This document shows, in pieces, positions 1-15,268 of a stretch of 64,000 nt of DNA. Positions within the stretch are counted from its first letter, which is position 1, and the number at the start of each line of letters is the position of its first letter. The notes under the pieces are model-generated. The model did not search any database. It saw nothing but the letters and a program-made list of their open reading frames with translations, and was not told the DNA's origin. Source of the stretch: the human T2T-CHM13v2.0 reference genome, Homo sapiens. Location of the stretch: the NCBI RefSeq assembly GCF_009914755.1, contig NC_060926.1; one strand, given 5' to 3'. Both the position numbers and the translations under genes were made by a program.

Positions 1-398
1 GAGTCTTTGGTCTACAGGAAAAAGGTAACACTCTTAGACCCAGCAGAGGCATCAGCAAGGGAGTTTCCCAGGGGGAGGGACAGCCCTGCTTACTCAACTG
101 GTCAGGGGTTACTACACACAGTAGCTCTACTCTCACAGCCTTTCCTTGCTTAGGCATACCAGTGTGTCATGATGGTGCAGCTAGTCTGATAAATGGAGCA
201 GTTTTGGAGGGAGGCACACTGCAATAGCTTTGCAACAAAAGAGTCTATGTCTCGTCCATCATTCAAAGGAGTTATCTGAAAATTGATGACTGTAGCAAAC
301 TACTGGCTATCCCCCAAATCAATCCTTTTTTTTTTCTATAGTAACAGAATTCCCAACATGTAGCTGAGAACAGCCATGGCCATATAGGTCTGAGGTCA

Positions 399-838
399 GC
401 AGAGTTACACAATAGAAGGCACCTGGGTTCCAGACCCTTGGGCTGCCATACTGATCCTGGACTGCTTAGTTCCAGATTGTTAGATGAGACAGGGGAAACC
501 ATCTAGTGTACCTAAACTGCTATTATTTTGGGTCTCTGTCAAGGAGGTCAAGCCTTTATCCTAATTCAGTGACTTTGGATTTCAGTAGAATAGAGTCAAT
601 GTTAGTTGAGAACATGGTGTCATTACCCCAAGTCACCTGTTTTCAACAGGTAGCCTTACTTCTCTCAGAGATAGGTTCTTGGGACACTCTGCAGTTTCCA
701 CTGAGGGTGCAGCCTTTTGGGGACTACTATAGAGATGATTTCTCCTGTCTCATCTAAAAATCTCGACCTAAGCAGCCCAGGTCTAGTATGGCAGCCCAAG
801 GATCTGGAACCCAGGTGCCTTCTATCATGTAAATCTGC
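399..838. repeat. Inverted repeat, 106-bp arms (399-504 / 733-838), ~228-bp spacer
   Basis: Hand alignment gives 13 mismatches in 106 nt; ORFs 272..502(-) and 717..1043(+) translate to near-identical peptides; arm sequence resembles an old ERVL-class LTR (LTR33-like). Confidence 0.9.
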
Positions 839-2364
839 CAGTCCATATGGCCTGCCTCTTCCCTTTAAGGATACAATCCAGAAATGGCATCACTTATGCT
901 TACATAGAGAAAGAAAGGGCTATGATATTAGGCCTCAGAAAAGGGAGTGGAGATCTAGACTTTTCACTTCAACTCAAAAATCCTGCCCAAGACTGATACT
1001 TACTCCTTTAAACATTGCCATATTTCTCCGGCACACCCAATGATTGACGTCTGAAAGAGCAGCAGCACTTTCTCAGACATGACTACAGTGTTTAAATGTG
1101 TTGCTAGGGCATCTGTGGAATTTTCATATTCTATCTTGGGAAAGAAATCTGATAGTTCTTTGATGCTACATTCTTCTCTAGCCAGAAATACAAGGAAACC
1201 ACTGTTTGCTGTGACATTTTGGCAGAACTCTGAAGTGTGGTCTGGATCTGGGAACCCACAATCCAAGAATAAGGCACCATTTACGTACAAAATTGTTGAA
1301 TTTGGATGGAAACTAGGTTCAGCCATACTTGTGAAGCCACTGTCTTGCAGGGTCAAAAAGAGCTTATTTTTCAAGTAAGTGTGTTTCACTGTTTACTGGT
1401 GACTACCAAAATAATTATTTCCTGTGTGGGTCAGTAAGAGTGAGGTAATCTCAAGGAAAATGTTCCATTGTGCTTACTGGGCTGGGCAGCGCAGCAGCTC
1501 CAGACATTCTCTTAAAGCAACAGTAATTGCGTTGAATGGTAAAGTCTGGTTCATATGCCCCTGGGAGGGAGATTCATTTTCTCTTTGATACTCTGAGGAT
1601 CTTGTGAGAGACAGCAAATGTGAATATATACATACATCTACACATACACATGAACATATCTGTGGGTGTGCTTAGCAGGTTGGTTCATTTAAATAGTTTT
1701 ATAGATATTTTAGAAAGGTAGTTCTTTATGAGCCAGGATAATGTGCTCTGCTTCTCTCAATGTGAAAGTAGAACCTCACCTTGTGCAAGTTGTCATTGGT
1801 TTCCTTGTCTGTTACGAGCCACTTGAGGGTAATGCTTTGTCTTTGTCTTCCCAGCCCATACTAATGGGCCTATCACTGAGTAAAATTCTCATTAATCACT
1901 TGTTGGATGAATGAATGGCTTGCAAAGGAAGTGAATTGCAGGAAGGTGACTACCACCCAAAAGTTGACTTGTACCATGACACTGACATGAGAGAGTTTGC
2001 CCGAAGGAGTGCTTAGCCAGCCAGGATTGGAACATCATTGAGGTGCCAAACTCCATGGTTCCAGAGATTAAACAGCTCTGTGCTTCATATCACCATCTTT
2101 CCTGGAATAAGAATTATCCACCCCAGTTGTTAGATTCTGGCACAACAAGTAGGGTGAATTGTGGCAGCTGGATCAACAGGTGACAGACAAACTAGGCCAA
2201 ATGAGATATCACTTCTGGTCCATAAAATAGAGAGATGCTTTTGAATATTCGATATTTCACCCAGCTCACTACCTTCCACGACTGCTCTCATGTAGGAGCC
2301 AAGAGTGTACATTGTATATTATAGAAAATATTCCCCTATTATAAGAGGGAATACTCACTATTGA

Positions 2365-2990
<626 letters not shown>

Positions 2991-3681
2991 AAGACCTCAG
3001 GCCTAAAATAAATTGGTGTTTTAGAGGCTAGAGAACAATGCCCATGAGTCTATAGCAGAGTGAGTGAGGGGGTGAGTGTGTCCTAACTGGCAGAAGTCCT
3101 CTAAGGATTTTTGGATCTATTGTCAAGGACAGTATATCAAATGGTAGATGTTGACTGTTTGCAGAGCGCTCAGGAAGCTTTACATCATTATCCACAGCAA
3201 GAGGTCTGAGCTTGAGTGTGGTCCTCCCACTGCACATGTAATCTCAGATACTACATGTTCTACCTTGCTGAGTAATAGTAAGTAGAATGGAATGTTGGAC
3301 TTTATCTAAAATGTGGGAGTAAAACAAGTACATGTGAAACTGCAGAGCTTATCATTCTGGTCCAGGTATCATGAGGAAAGGAGAAAACCATGGTTGGGAG
3401 CGGCCATCCACACCCAACTAGTATTTGGAACTGGAGGCTACAGAGAATTCTGCTACTGAGGTCTACAATGTTATTTGCCCTTTCTGCTCCTTGATCTTTC
3501 ACTGCATAAACCATCTGGGAAGTGTCCTTTATGGTTGTCATTAAAATGCTGCCAGATTCCAGTATTGAGACCATAGGGAATGCAGTAGTGTGCGTGTGTG
3601 TGTTTGTGAGTGTGTATGTGTGTGTGCCATCCATGTGTGGGTAGATGAGATGCTGATGGGAACCGGATATACTAATGTATT

Positions 3682-4457
<776 letters not shown>

Positions 4458-5270
4458 CAGACTTATTGGACATAGTCTTGCCAGGTGGATGTAAGAGGAA
4501 TGTTGGGGACAAAATGCCCGCATATCCACTTTCATATGAGACTTTTTTTGCATACTGACTGAGTAGAAAAAGGGAAAAGGCAATAAGTACTTAACCTCAT
4601 GCTTGCACAGAAACACATACATAACTTTGTCCAGCTTGTAGACTGAATTTCTGAGAAATAAAAAGACAGTAATAGATCTAGAGAGCTTAGAGAGAGATCT
4701 GCGAGAACAAACCCACAATCTTGGGTACATATTGTGCATTTCCATAAACCTTCCCTAAGTAGAGATCTGGGAAAAGAATGGACATAATTTTCTCGAAACT
4801 CTGACCTCTAGGACCTGGAGAAAGTCCATTCAGCCAGCCAGAGCCCTCCCTATTCCCTTGGGCGGTAGCCTCAGAGTCCTCTGGGACAACATCTGCAAGC
4901 GGAATGCAAATCACTAGCCTGTCTGCCACCCCTCATTGCTCAGCACCTTATGGTTGCTATTTTTAGGAAGTCCGAATTTCTCAATAGAGACACAGCATCA
5001 CCAGCAAGCCCTGAGAAGTTAGCCTTGTTTCCCAAATGTCTGAGGGTGGACCCAGAGTAAACACTCCACCTTCACTCCCTTCTGCTGAAATTAAAATGCT
5101 TCTATTTCTGCAGCTTGAAGGGAGGAAAGAGAGAGGGAAGAAGAAATGTTTGTTCATTTCTTCAGGTATTTTAGAAATTGAACTTGCAAGCAGGGTCTGT
5201 CTCCAGTTAATCAAATAAAAATTCTTCTTAGTATCACAAGACAATTTAAAACTAGAAAAACTCAGAAACT

Positions 5271-5560
5271 GCATCTGACAAAGGTCTAATGCCCAGAATC
5301 TATAAGGAACTTAAATAATTCAACAAGCAAAAAAGAAACAACCCCATTACAAATTGGGCAAAGGACAGAGACTTCTCAAAAGAAGACGTACATGCAGCAA
5401 ACAAGCATATAAAAAATCCTCAACATCCCTAATCATCAGAGAAATGCAAATCAAACCACTATGAGATGCCATCTCACATCAGTCAAAATGGCTATTATTA
5501 ACAAGTCAAAAAATAACAGATGTTGGCAAAGTGGCAGAGAAAAGGGAACACATACACTGG
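5271..5560 (+). mobile_element. L1 ORF2 3' fragment
   Basis: catctgacaaaggtctaat...catcagagaaatgcaaatcaaaccac matches the L1 ORF2 C-terminal region (cf. 17830-18080). Confidence 0.9.
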
Positions 5561-8500
5561 TGGCAAATGAGGCCATTCACTCACCCCCATCCTCCACTTC
5601 CCACCCTCCACCACACAAACCGAACGATGGTTTCTGATAATGCCCCTTTCACTCATTCACACAGTCTGGCGGAAGCTCATTCTGAAGTGATGGTTTAATC
5701 GCAAAGAGCAAGAAGCCAGAGTCAAAGAATCCATCAGCTTTTCCAAGATTACAATCTTAGACTGGAAGGATTGTGTTTGAATCCTTTTCTGCTACTTACT
5801 AGATCTTTCCATCTATCAAATGGAATAATAATAATTACTCCTATACAGTAGTTCTGTGAGATAACATGTGTGAATTGAAAAGTGCCTGATCAACGCTAGT
5901 TAATGTATAACTGCTATAACTTCTGTTTTCCTAGACAAGTGTGATAGTCTCAAAGGAAGCTTGCTCCTGTTTAATGAATGCTAAAGTATTATCTGGCGTC
6001 CTAGGGCCATTTCTCATTGCCTCGTTTTTTTCTCCTGCAAATTATCCTCTACTGCTTATGTCTTCAGTCTTTCTCCCTCTGCCTCCTGCTGCCACCTGCT
6101 CCCACCTTGGGGACCTGCCTCCCTGCAGAAAGCAAGTGTCCTGCTCTGGGCCATGTGGTAGCTTAGTGGTAAAGACTCTCTCCCTGGAGGTGGGACCTGT
6201 GGTTTCTGGGCAAGAACTGTGATGGGTGGGTAGGTCTGCCTAATAATTCTGGGGTGCTTGTTGTGACTGCACGGCTCAGCCACGTTCTCGGGTAGCCCTC
6301 TATCAGCGATATTTTCCTCTCTGTCTGCCTGACTCCTTTGTCTTTCTTGGTCTGTCTTATAGGATTTAGAACTGAATTAGCAAGTAGGAAGGAGTAATTT
6401 ATTAGCCACCTCGAACTCCAACAATGGAAAAATGCCAAGATTTAAGGGACAGGTGGGGAAGAGCTGCCTGCAATCTGATCTGGGTTCATGGCTTTATTCT
6501 CACCCTGACCTGGGAGTCCCAGGAGTACCATCTCCTATGCGCCTCCTCCCCTTCCTATGCTCCCATTGAACTGATATGAAGTTTCAGAAGTCCTGTTCAA
6601 CACAGTGAGTCAGACAGCTGATTTCAATCTGTTGGAGCTGCTGTAAGAGATTCAACCTATTTGAAATCCTGGCTTTCATATGCTGCTGCCTCTTAGATCT
6701 GTCCTGGCAACCCAGACCTGTGTGCTGACCCATATCGTGAGGGTTCCTCATTGCTCTCAGTACGAAGAGCAAACTGCTTAGCAAGGCATAAAAGGTCCTT
6801 TGTCACTGGCCTCAACTACCTGTCACCTCCTGGGCCCTTCCTCAGTGTCCTTTCTGTTCCAGCCACACTGAGCTCCTTGTGGTTGGTTCCCTTAGCAAGC
6901 CATGCACTTTAAAACTTTTCCAAGTAGTGTATACTTTACTTGGAAGGGAAGGCCCTCTCTTCGCCATGCTGATCTGGCCAGTTTTCGTTATCCTCCAACT
7001 CAGCACCTCTGGCCAGAGAAGCCTCTTCAGGCAAATTAGGGCCTTCTTACTGCCTTAGTCTCTCCTGGCATCATGGTGTAGAGCAACACCTGCTGTGTCA
7101 TAGTCACTGAACACAGGTTTTTAGGTAAGCAAGTGCAGTTTCAAGGCCATTATAGGCCTTCCTACTCTCATTTTTTTCTGCCTAGAGGCCAGTTACACAA
7201 TTCCAATTTTCCAGAAGAGTTCTATAACAATCTGACATAGCAAAGCTGGGTGAATTTCATACAATGAACAACAGTGCAAGAGGTCAACCTAGATTAGATT
7301 CCTGAAAGGGATGAGATTTCCTTGTGTTTCCACTATTGATTCTGGCCCCTCAATGAAGAGAATGATGAGCCAAGTACCAGTCATTCCAAATCTGAGCCAT
7401 CTGTAATATAATGGAAGCTAAATTCTGTAAGAACAAGTTTAGCCTGGAATTTTCCTCAAGATAATGTATACATGACATCATATGCACTGCGGTGTTAATG
7501 GGTGTTTCTGGATGGATTCTCAGACAAATATTAGATTTGTTTGGACCTTGTCTTGGGCTGTAGCCTCTTTACTTTTGCTCTTTACCTTACTATTGGATAT
7601 CTTGCAACATCTCAGATTCAGGTATTTTTTTCTCCCCAAGTTCCTTTATTTTTCCTCCAATATTTCTAGGAGAAAGCACACAGTCTTCAGTTTTATCGCC
7701 TGTACCTATGAGAGGTTAATAAAGGCTTTGTGTGTGTGTATATATTAAGATATGGAAGTATAGTCACTTAGGGAGAAAGAAAATTACTGCTTTTTCTAAA
7801 ACTTAAAGGAAAAATTAAGGCTTAAAAACCTGGGATGCTTTTAGCTTTGTGCTATATCTAGCATCTAACAAATGCTTGATAAAGTTTGGCCATAATTGTT
7901 ATCATAATTATTAATACTATTAATAGTAATGATAGGATTTGGTACATGAAAACAGGTTGTATTTATGCCAATGCCAAAAAGCAAGTGTGGGGAGTATACT
8001 CTGCTGGCCCTAAGTTCCCCATAGGAAGTAGAGATTGCATATATTAGCTGGAACTCGCCCAAGCTACTTTTGGGACAAACAGGATAATGTGTTCGGAACA
8101 GAGGTCAACAGCTGTTACTCTTCTGTGACATTCCGGAGATGTGGACAGATGTATTCAGATTGACCTTCCTTATTTAGTGAGTGTGGGAACTGGTGGGAAG
8201 GGGTAGGGGGAAGGGAGATACAGCGAGGGGGAGGATGAGAAGGTTCCCATGGGGGCCTGGTAACATGAGAGACCACTGAGAGCAATGTTGAAGTTAACAG
8301 TTCTATTTCCTGGAGGTGCTGTACTAAACAACATGTTAGGGGAGGAAGGCCCTTAAAATTGTTCCGAAAGGAGGAAAACCAAGCCTGACAGTTTTCCCAA
8401 GGCTAGGACAAGATTGCAGTTCCTGAAGGGGTCAGAGGTTGCTTCCTTACCATTCCACTGATTGCACAGTAGGGAATCAGAGAGGGTCAAATCAGGTTCA

Positions 8501-8823
8501 ATACAAGATGTGGAGTGAAATACATTCCTTACCTTGCCCTCTCAACCCTGGTCATATTTAATGAACATTCCTGTTTCCAGAAAATATCCAAGTGTCCTAG
8601 TGGCTTCAAAAAAATAAAAAAAAATCAGCCAAACACAGAACTGTTGATACCTTTGTGGAATGTCAGCAACAAGGCAGGTAGCTGGTCTTCAGTGAACCCA
8701 AAAAAAGCATGGCTCAGTGAGACCATTAGATCTTCAGAATCACAGGATTTTTGAGAAGTGTAGATTTCCCTAATACCAATCTCTTTGGGTTCTGAGACTT
8801 ATAAGTTTACCCTGTCATGATAA

Positions 8824-9184
<361 letters not shown>

Positions 9185-9684
9185 GCAATTGACTTTTTTT
9201 ATATCTGTCATTCCCTCTCTGCTTTTTTTCAGATGATCAAGTGAGTGGGCCTTTTGTCATGGAGGTGTCCTGAAGCTCAGATCAGCACTGCCTGGGTTCA
9301 TGATGTATCTCTCTTGCTGACAGTACACAAATTCATGGTCTGGTCAGGATCAATTTCTCCAGATGATGTCACAACTACACAAGTTTTGCATCTTCTATTG
9401 TCTGGATCTACGTGAATATAAAGTCAGCAGGGAAATAATAAGAACCGCATCATATCCTGGAGTAAAGGAAGACTTTGCAAGTCACACATAGACTTCTAGC
9501 TGAATCTTTATAAAGTTGGTGGCTGAAGGTCAGATTTGTTTATTCAGAAGGTACATTTCTCTGTAAAAACCTTGCTCTTAACCTCTGTACTATCTATCAA
9601 TCACATGATCAAGCTGCTAGTTTGTCAGGACCGTGTCTATCTTTCACATGATACTCAAATCTAGAGTTCCATTTTTTGAGTCAA

Positions 9685-9890
9685 AGTTGAGTTCAAATCT
9701 CTTCTTTTCTACTTGCTGTATCATTGTGGACAAATTACTTAAGTTTTATAGGATTAGATTTGCTTGTCTGTAAAATGGAGATAATAGTAGTACCAACTCC
9801 CTATGTTGTTATCAGGATTAAATGAGATAATGCATGCATAATGCTTAGCACAGTACTTGGGGGCAGGATGCCTCTAATAAATGATAGCTG
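9685..9890 (+). mobile_element. MIR
   Basis: Core ctgtaaaatggagataatagtagtacc...aggattaaatgagataatgcatg...cttagcacagt. Confidence 0.85.
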
Positions 9891-11354
9891 TTGCTTTTAT
9901 AACTTGTAGTAATAGGCCTGTCTGTCTAAGTGATCAAAAGGTTTTTAAGTAATTGTTTTAAGCTACTTTTAACCACATTTTTCATGTAACACCTTATTTT
10001 TCATGTAATCCTTGATAAAGCCTCTTGGATTTTTCCTGCAAATATGTCTTTTTGCAATATTTGTTTATTCAGTGGGATTAGTCAATCAATATGGCCATTA
10101 TTTCTGATTTTTCTTTCTCTGAGGCTTAGCATAGTGTTTTTTTTTTTTTTTCAGGCTTCGGTCCTGCTGATTTGTGATAATATGCATGACTTTCTTAACT
10201 TCATCTTTGTCTATTTTTTTTTGACAAAGTTTTTCGTAGCAACAGCTGGAATAATACCACACAGCTCAAACAGAAAGTCTCAGGCTTCATTATTTCCCCA
10301 CAATCACCATGTGACAATTCGAATCTCTGTAAGGCAGAGCTTTGGGGGAAGATTAGAAACTGAAATGAAAGGCAAATTTCTAGCTGGAATTTAGATCAAA
10401 GAAGATATTATCCTGGTAGGCTTGCTGTGTACAAGAGAGAGCCATGGGGCTTCTCACTGACCAGCTTGACCACAATAATTCTTAAAGACTCTTCAATGAT
10501 ACTTTGCAGTTTATACTGGTATATGTTATTAAAGGATTGTACATCAAGGAGGAATACTATGCTAATGTAAAAATCGGGTTCTGGTGGCATTCATGCTGTA
10601 GAGTAAAATCAATCCACATAAATATATTGAACCTATATTCAAGGATCCATTCTGGCTGTTCCAACAAAGATTTATTGAGCCCCTACAGTAAGTGTGAAAT
10701 GGAGATTCATCAAACTTTCTTTGTGTCTTAAAAGCAAGGGGAGATTTACACTTTGTGTGAGATATGGACAATATATTGAGTGAGGTATTGTCATCCCTAT
10801 TTTACACATGAGGAATTGAGGCTGTGACTTTATGAGATTATTATATAACTAGAAAGTGGTCCAACTACATTTGATCCCTAAATCTGTGGGACTTCAAATC
10901 TGTGTGTTAGCTACTGGAATTCCCAAGTCAGTTACCTTTCCTGTTCTGCATTCTAGATGGTAAACTGAGTATGGGTATGCATTCTGTGCAGGGAGCTCCT
11001 CATCTCTCAAGGTCTAGATGGGAACCACAGAGGCCCCAGGGGAAAGAGGAGGGAGATGCTGAGTGGCTAGGCATGACTCTGGCCTTGGCTGTAGGAGAAA
11101 TGAGTTGTGAAGGTGTTAGGTCTTTGAGTCTTCTGTATCATTGAGCACAGCTCAGACAGAAATATAGGGTAGAGAACAGACAGGAATATATATGTCCTAG
11201 CTAGTGGCAAAATGCTATTTTCAGCAACACTATATCTAGTATTATATCCTTGGGAAACCAGGGATGAGAAGATTACCATGGCCAGAGTACCAGAGAGAAA
11301 AAGGTTCACAATTGCAGGCATATTGATTGGAGGTCAGAGAGCAATGGTGGAGTG

Positions 11355-11760
11355 TTTCATTCCTTCAGTAAATGCCTTATTGAGCCCTTACTATGAGCTA
11401 GACACAGGGGATACAGCTGGAAATGAGAGAGACATGGATTCACCCTCATCATGTTTATAGTCTACTGGAGGACATAGACATTAAACACTTAATGGCACGA
11501 ACACATCTGTAGTTACTTTTTCTTCTTGGCATTCCCAGTGCGCTGTATAAAGAGTGCAATGGAGATTATAGCAGGGAGACCTGGTTTAGATGGGTCAGAA
11601 GTGGGGAGTGTGTGTGTGTGTGTGTGTAGCCAATGGTGGCTGGAGACAGTATCTTTGAAGAGGTTCTGTTTACTTTGATCCTGGAAGAATGAGGGCAATT
11701 TACTCGGATTGGAGATAAAAATCCTGACCAGAGAGCAATAAGTGGTGAAGGCCCTGAGAT
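11355..11760 (-). mobile_element. L2 fragment
   Basis: ttcattccttcagtaaatgccttattgagcccttactatgagctagacacag, L2 3' end antisense. Confidence 0.65.
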
Positions 11761-12210
11761 TCATTCCTCACTCAACTCCCTCACAGGATCTTATTTTCAG
11801 CCTTAGTTCCTGTTACGTTTCAAACAGCCTATAGAATTTGGTCACCTGTATTATATTTTTCTCTAACAAGCAATGTGGTCGGGACTTCAATCTGCTCATT
11901 GATTGATTAAAGTTGTTTGTTTCATCGTGATGCATATGTCCTTGAATATCAAGGGCTTATGTGGATTTAACAAATCTGGAATTTCTCCAGAAAAATACAG
12001 GTGCACTTCTATGAAGCACAGTTAATTATGACTTCCCAGAGCCGTTTGGGCCACTCCACGGTTTCCTAAGTGACTCCATTTAAGCTCTAAAGAGATACAC
12101 CATGTTAGATGTCTTGCAACTGAAAGGTAATGAATACCCTTATGTTTTTGTCCTCATAACTCTTAAAATTAAAAAAAATATATACTTAGGAGAAACAAAT
12201 ACAGGTTTCT

Positions 12211-12503
<293 letters not shown>

Positions 12504-12947
12504 ACATACAGGTTTCTTACATGCATATATTGCATGGTGGTGAAGTCTGGGCTTTTAGTGTACCCACCACCCAAATAGTGAGCATTGTACCCCATAGGTA
12601 ACTTTTCAACCCTCACCTGCCTCCCACCTCCCACCTTTTGGTGTCTCTAATGTCTATTATTTCACTCTGTATGTCCACGTGTACATTGTTTAGCTTCCTC
12701 TTTTAAGTGAGAACATGTGTGTTTGACTTTCTGTTTATGAGTTATTTCACTAAGGATAATGACCTCCAGTTCCATCCATGTTGCTGCAAATGATTTCATT
12801 ATTTTTTTGGCTCTGTATTATTCCATGGTATGTGTGTATGCATTGCTGCAAATGATTTCATTATTTTTTTGGCTCTGTATTATTCCATGGTATGTGTGTA
12901 TGCGTATGTGTATGTGTGTGTGTGTATACATTATACACCTTTTGTAC

Positions 12948-12988
<41 letters not shown>

Positions 12989-13445
12989 CCTCCAATGTAT
13001 AGCTATAGCCCATATTCTTTATTCAATCCTCTGTTGATGGACTCTTGTGTTGATTCCATATCTTTGCCACTGTGAATAGTGCTGTGCTAAACATACGAGG
13101 GCAGGTATCTTTTTGACGTAATGATTTCTTTCCCTTTGGGTATATACCCAGTTGTGGGAGTGCTGGATTGAATGCTAGTTCTATTTTTAGTTCTTTGAGA
13201 AATCTCCATACTATTTTCCATAAAGGCTGTACTAATTTACATTCCCACCAGTGGTATACAGGCATTCTCTTTTCTCCTCATGATTATTGGCTGTTTTTAG
13301 ACTGTTTATTAATAGCCATTCTGACTAGTGTAAGATGGTATCTCACTGTGGTTTTAATTTGCATTTCTCTGATGATCAGCAATATTGAGCATTTTTTCAT
13401 ATGTTTGTTAGCCACTTGTATGTCTTGTTTTGAAAAATGTCTGTT
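12504..13445 (-). mobile_element. Older L1 (L1PB-like) 3' end, left part
   Basis: Antisense L1 3'UTR/ORF2 end; ORFs 13023..13265 and 13284..13562 give ORF2p C-terminal motifs ([26 protein letters not shown]). Confidence 0.92.
12781..12903. repeat. Perfect tandem duplication, 62-bp period
   Basis: ttgctgcaaatgatttc...gtgtgtatgc at 12781 and 12843, followed by (TG)n(TA)n. Confidence 0.95.
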
Positions 13446-14877
13446 TAACAAGCAAATGCTGAGGGATTTTGTCACTACCAGGCCTGCCTTACAAGAGCTC
13501 CTGAAAGAAGCACTAAATATGGAAAGGAAAAACTGGTACCAGCCACTGCAAAAACACACCAAAATATAAAGTCACCATGAAGAAACTGCATTAACTAATA
13601 TGCAGAATAACCAGCTAGCATCATGATGACAGGATCAAATTCACACATAACAGTATTAACCTTAAACGTAAATGGGCTAATGCCCCACTTAAAAGACACA
13701 GACTGGAAAACTGGATAAAGAGTCAAGATCCATCGGTGTGCTGTATTCAGGAGACCCATCTCACATGCAAAGACACATAGGCTCAAAATAAAGGGATGGA
13801 GGAGTATTTACCAAGCAAATGGAAAGCAAAAAAAAGCAGGAATTGCAATCCTAGTCTGTGATAAAACAGACTTTAAACCAACAAAGATCAAAAAAGACAA
13901 ATAAGGGCATTACATAATGGTAAAGTGATCGATGCAACAAGAAGAGCTAACTATCCTAAATATATGTGCCCTGAAAACAGGAGCACCCAGATTCATAAAA
14001 CAAGCTCTTAGAGACCTACAAAGAGACTTATATTCCCACACAGTAATAGTGGGAGACTTTAACACCCCACTGTCAATATTAGACAGATCAACAAGACAGA
14101 AAATTAACAAGGATATTCAGGAGTTGAACTCAGCTCTGAACCAAGTGGACCTAATAGACATCTACAGAACTCTCCATCCCAAATCGATAGAATATACATT
14201 CTTTTTAGCACCGCATAGCACTTATTCTAAAATCGACCACATAATTGGAAGTAAAACACTCCTTGGCAAATGAAAAAGGACGGAAATCATAACAAACAGT
14301 CTCTCAGACCACAGTGCAATCAAATTAGAACTCAGGATTAAGAAACGCTCAAAACTGTGCAACTGCACGGAAACTGAACAACCTGCTCCTGAATGACTAC
14401 TGGGTGATAACGAAATTAAGGCAGAAATAAAGAAGTTCTTTGAAATCAATGAGAACAAAGACACAACGTACCAGAATCTCCGGGACACAGTTAAGCAGAG
14501 TTAAGAGGGAAGTTTATAGCACTAAATACCCATATCAGAAAGCAGGAAAGATCTGAAATTGACACCCTAACATCAAAAGTAAAGTAAATAGAGAAGCAAG
14601 AGCAAACAAATTCAAAAGCTAGCAGAAGACAATAAATAACTAAGATCAGAGCAGAACTGAAGGAGATAGAGACATGAAAAGCCCTTCAGAAATTCAGTGA
14701 ATCCAGGAGCTGGTGTTTTGAAAAGATTAACAAAATAGATAGACCACTAGCCAGACTAATAAAGAAGAAAAGAGAGAAGAATCAAATAGACACAATAAAA
14801 AATGATGAAGGGGATATCACCACTGATCCCACAGAAATACAAACTACCATCAGAAAATACTATAAACACCTCTATGC

Positions 14878-15268
<391 letters not shown>

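Noticed and set aside
150-275. Possible further - strand exon (ttttcag|ATAACT..., ITPLNDGRDIDSFVAKLLQC)
   Set aside because: Its open frame is phase 0 and does not join the candidate 1343-1004 exon in either phase; no independent support
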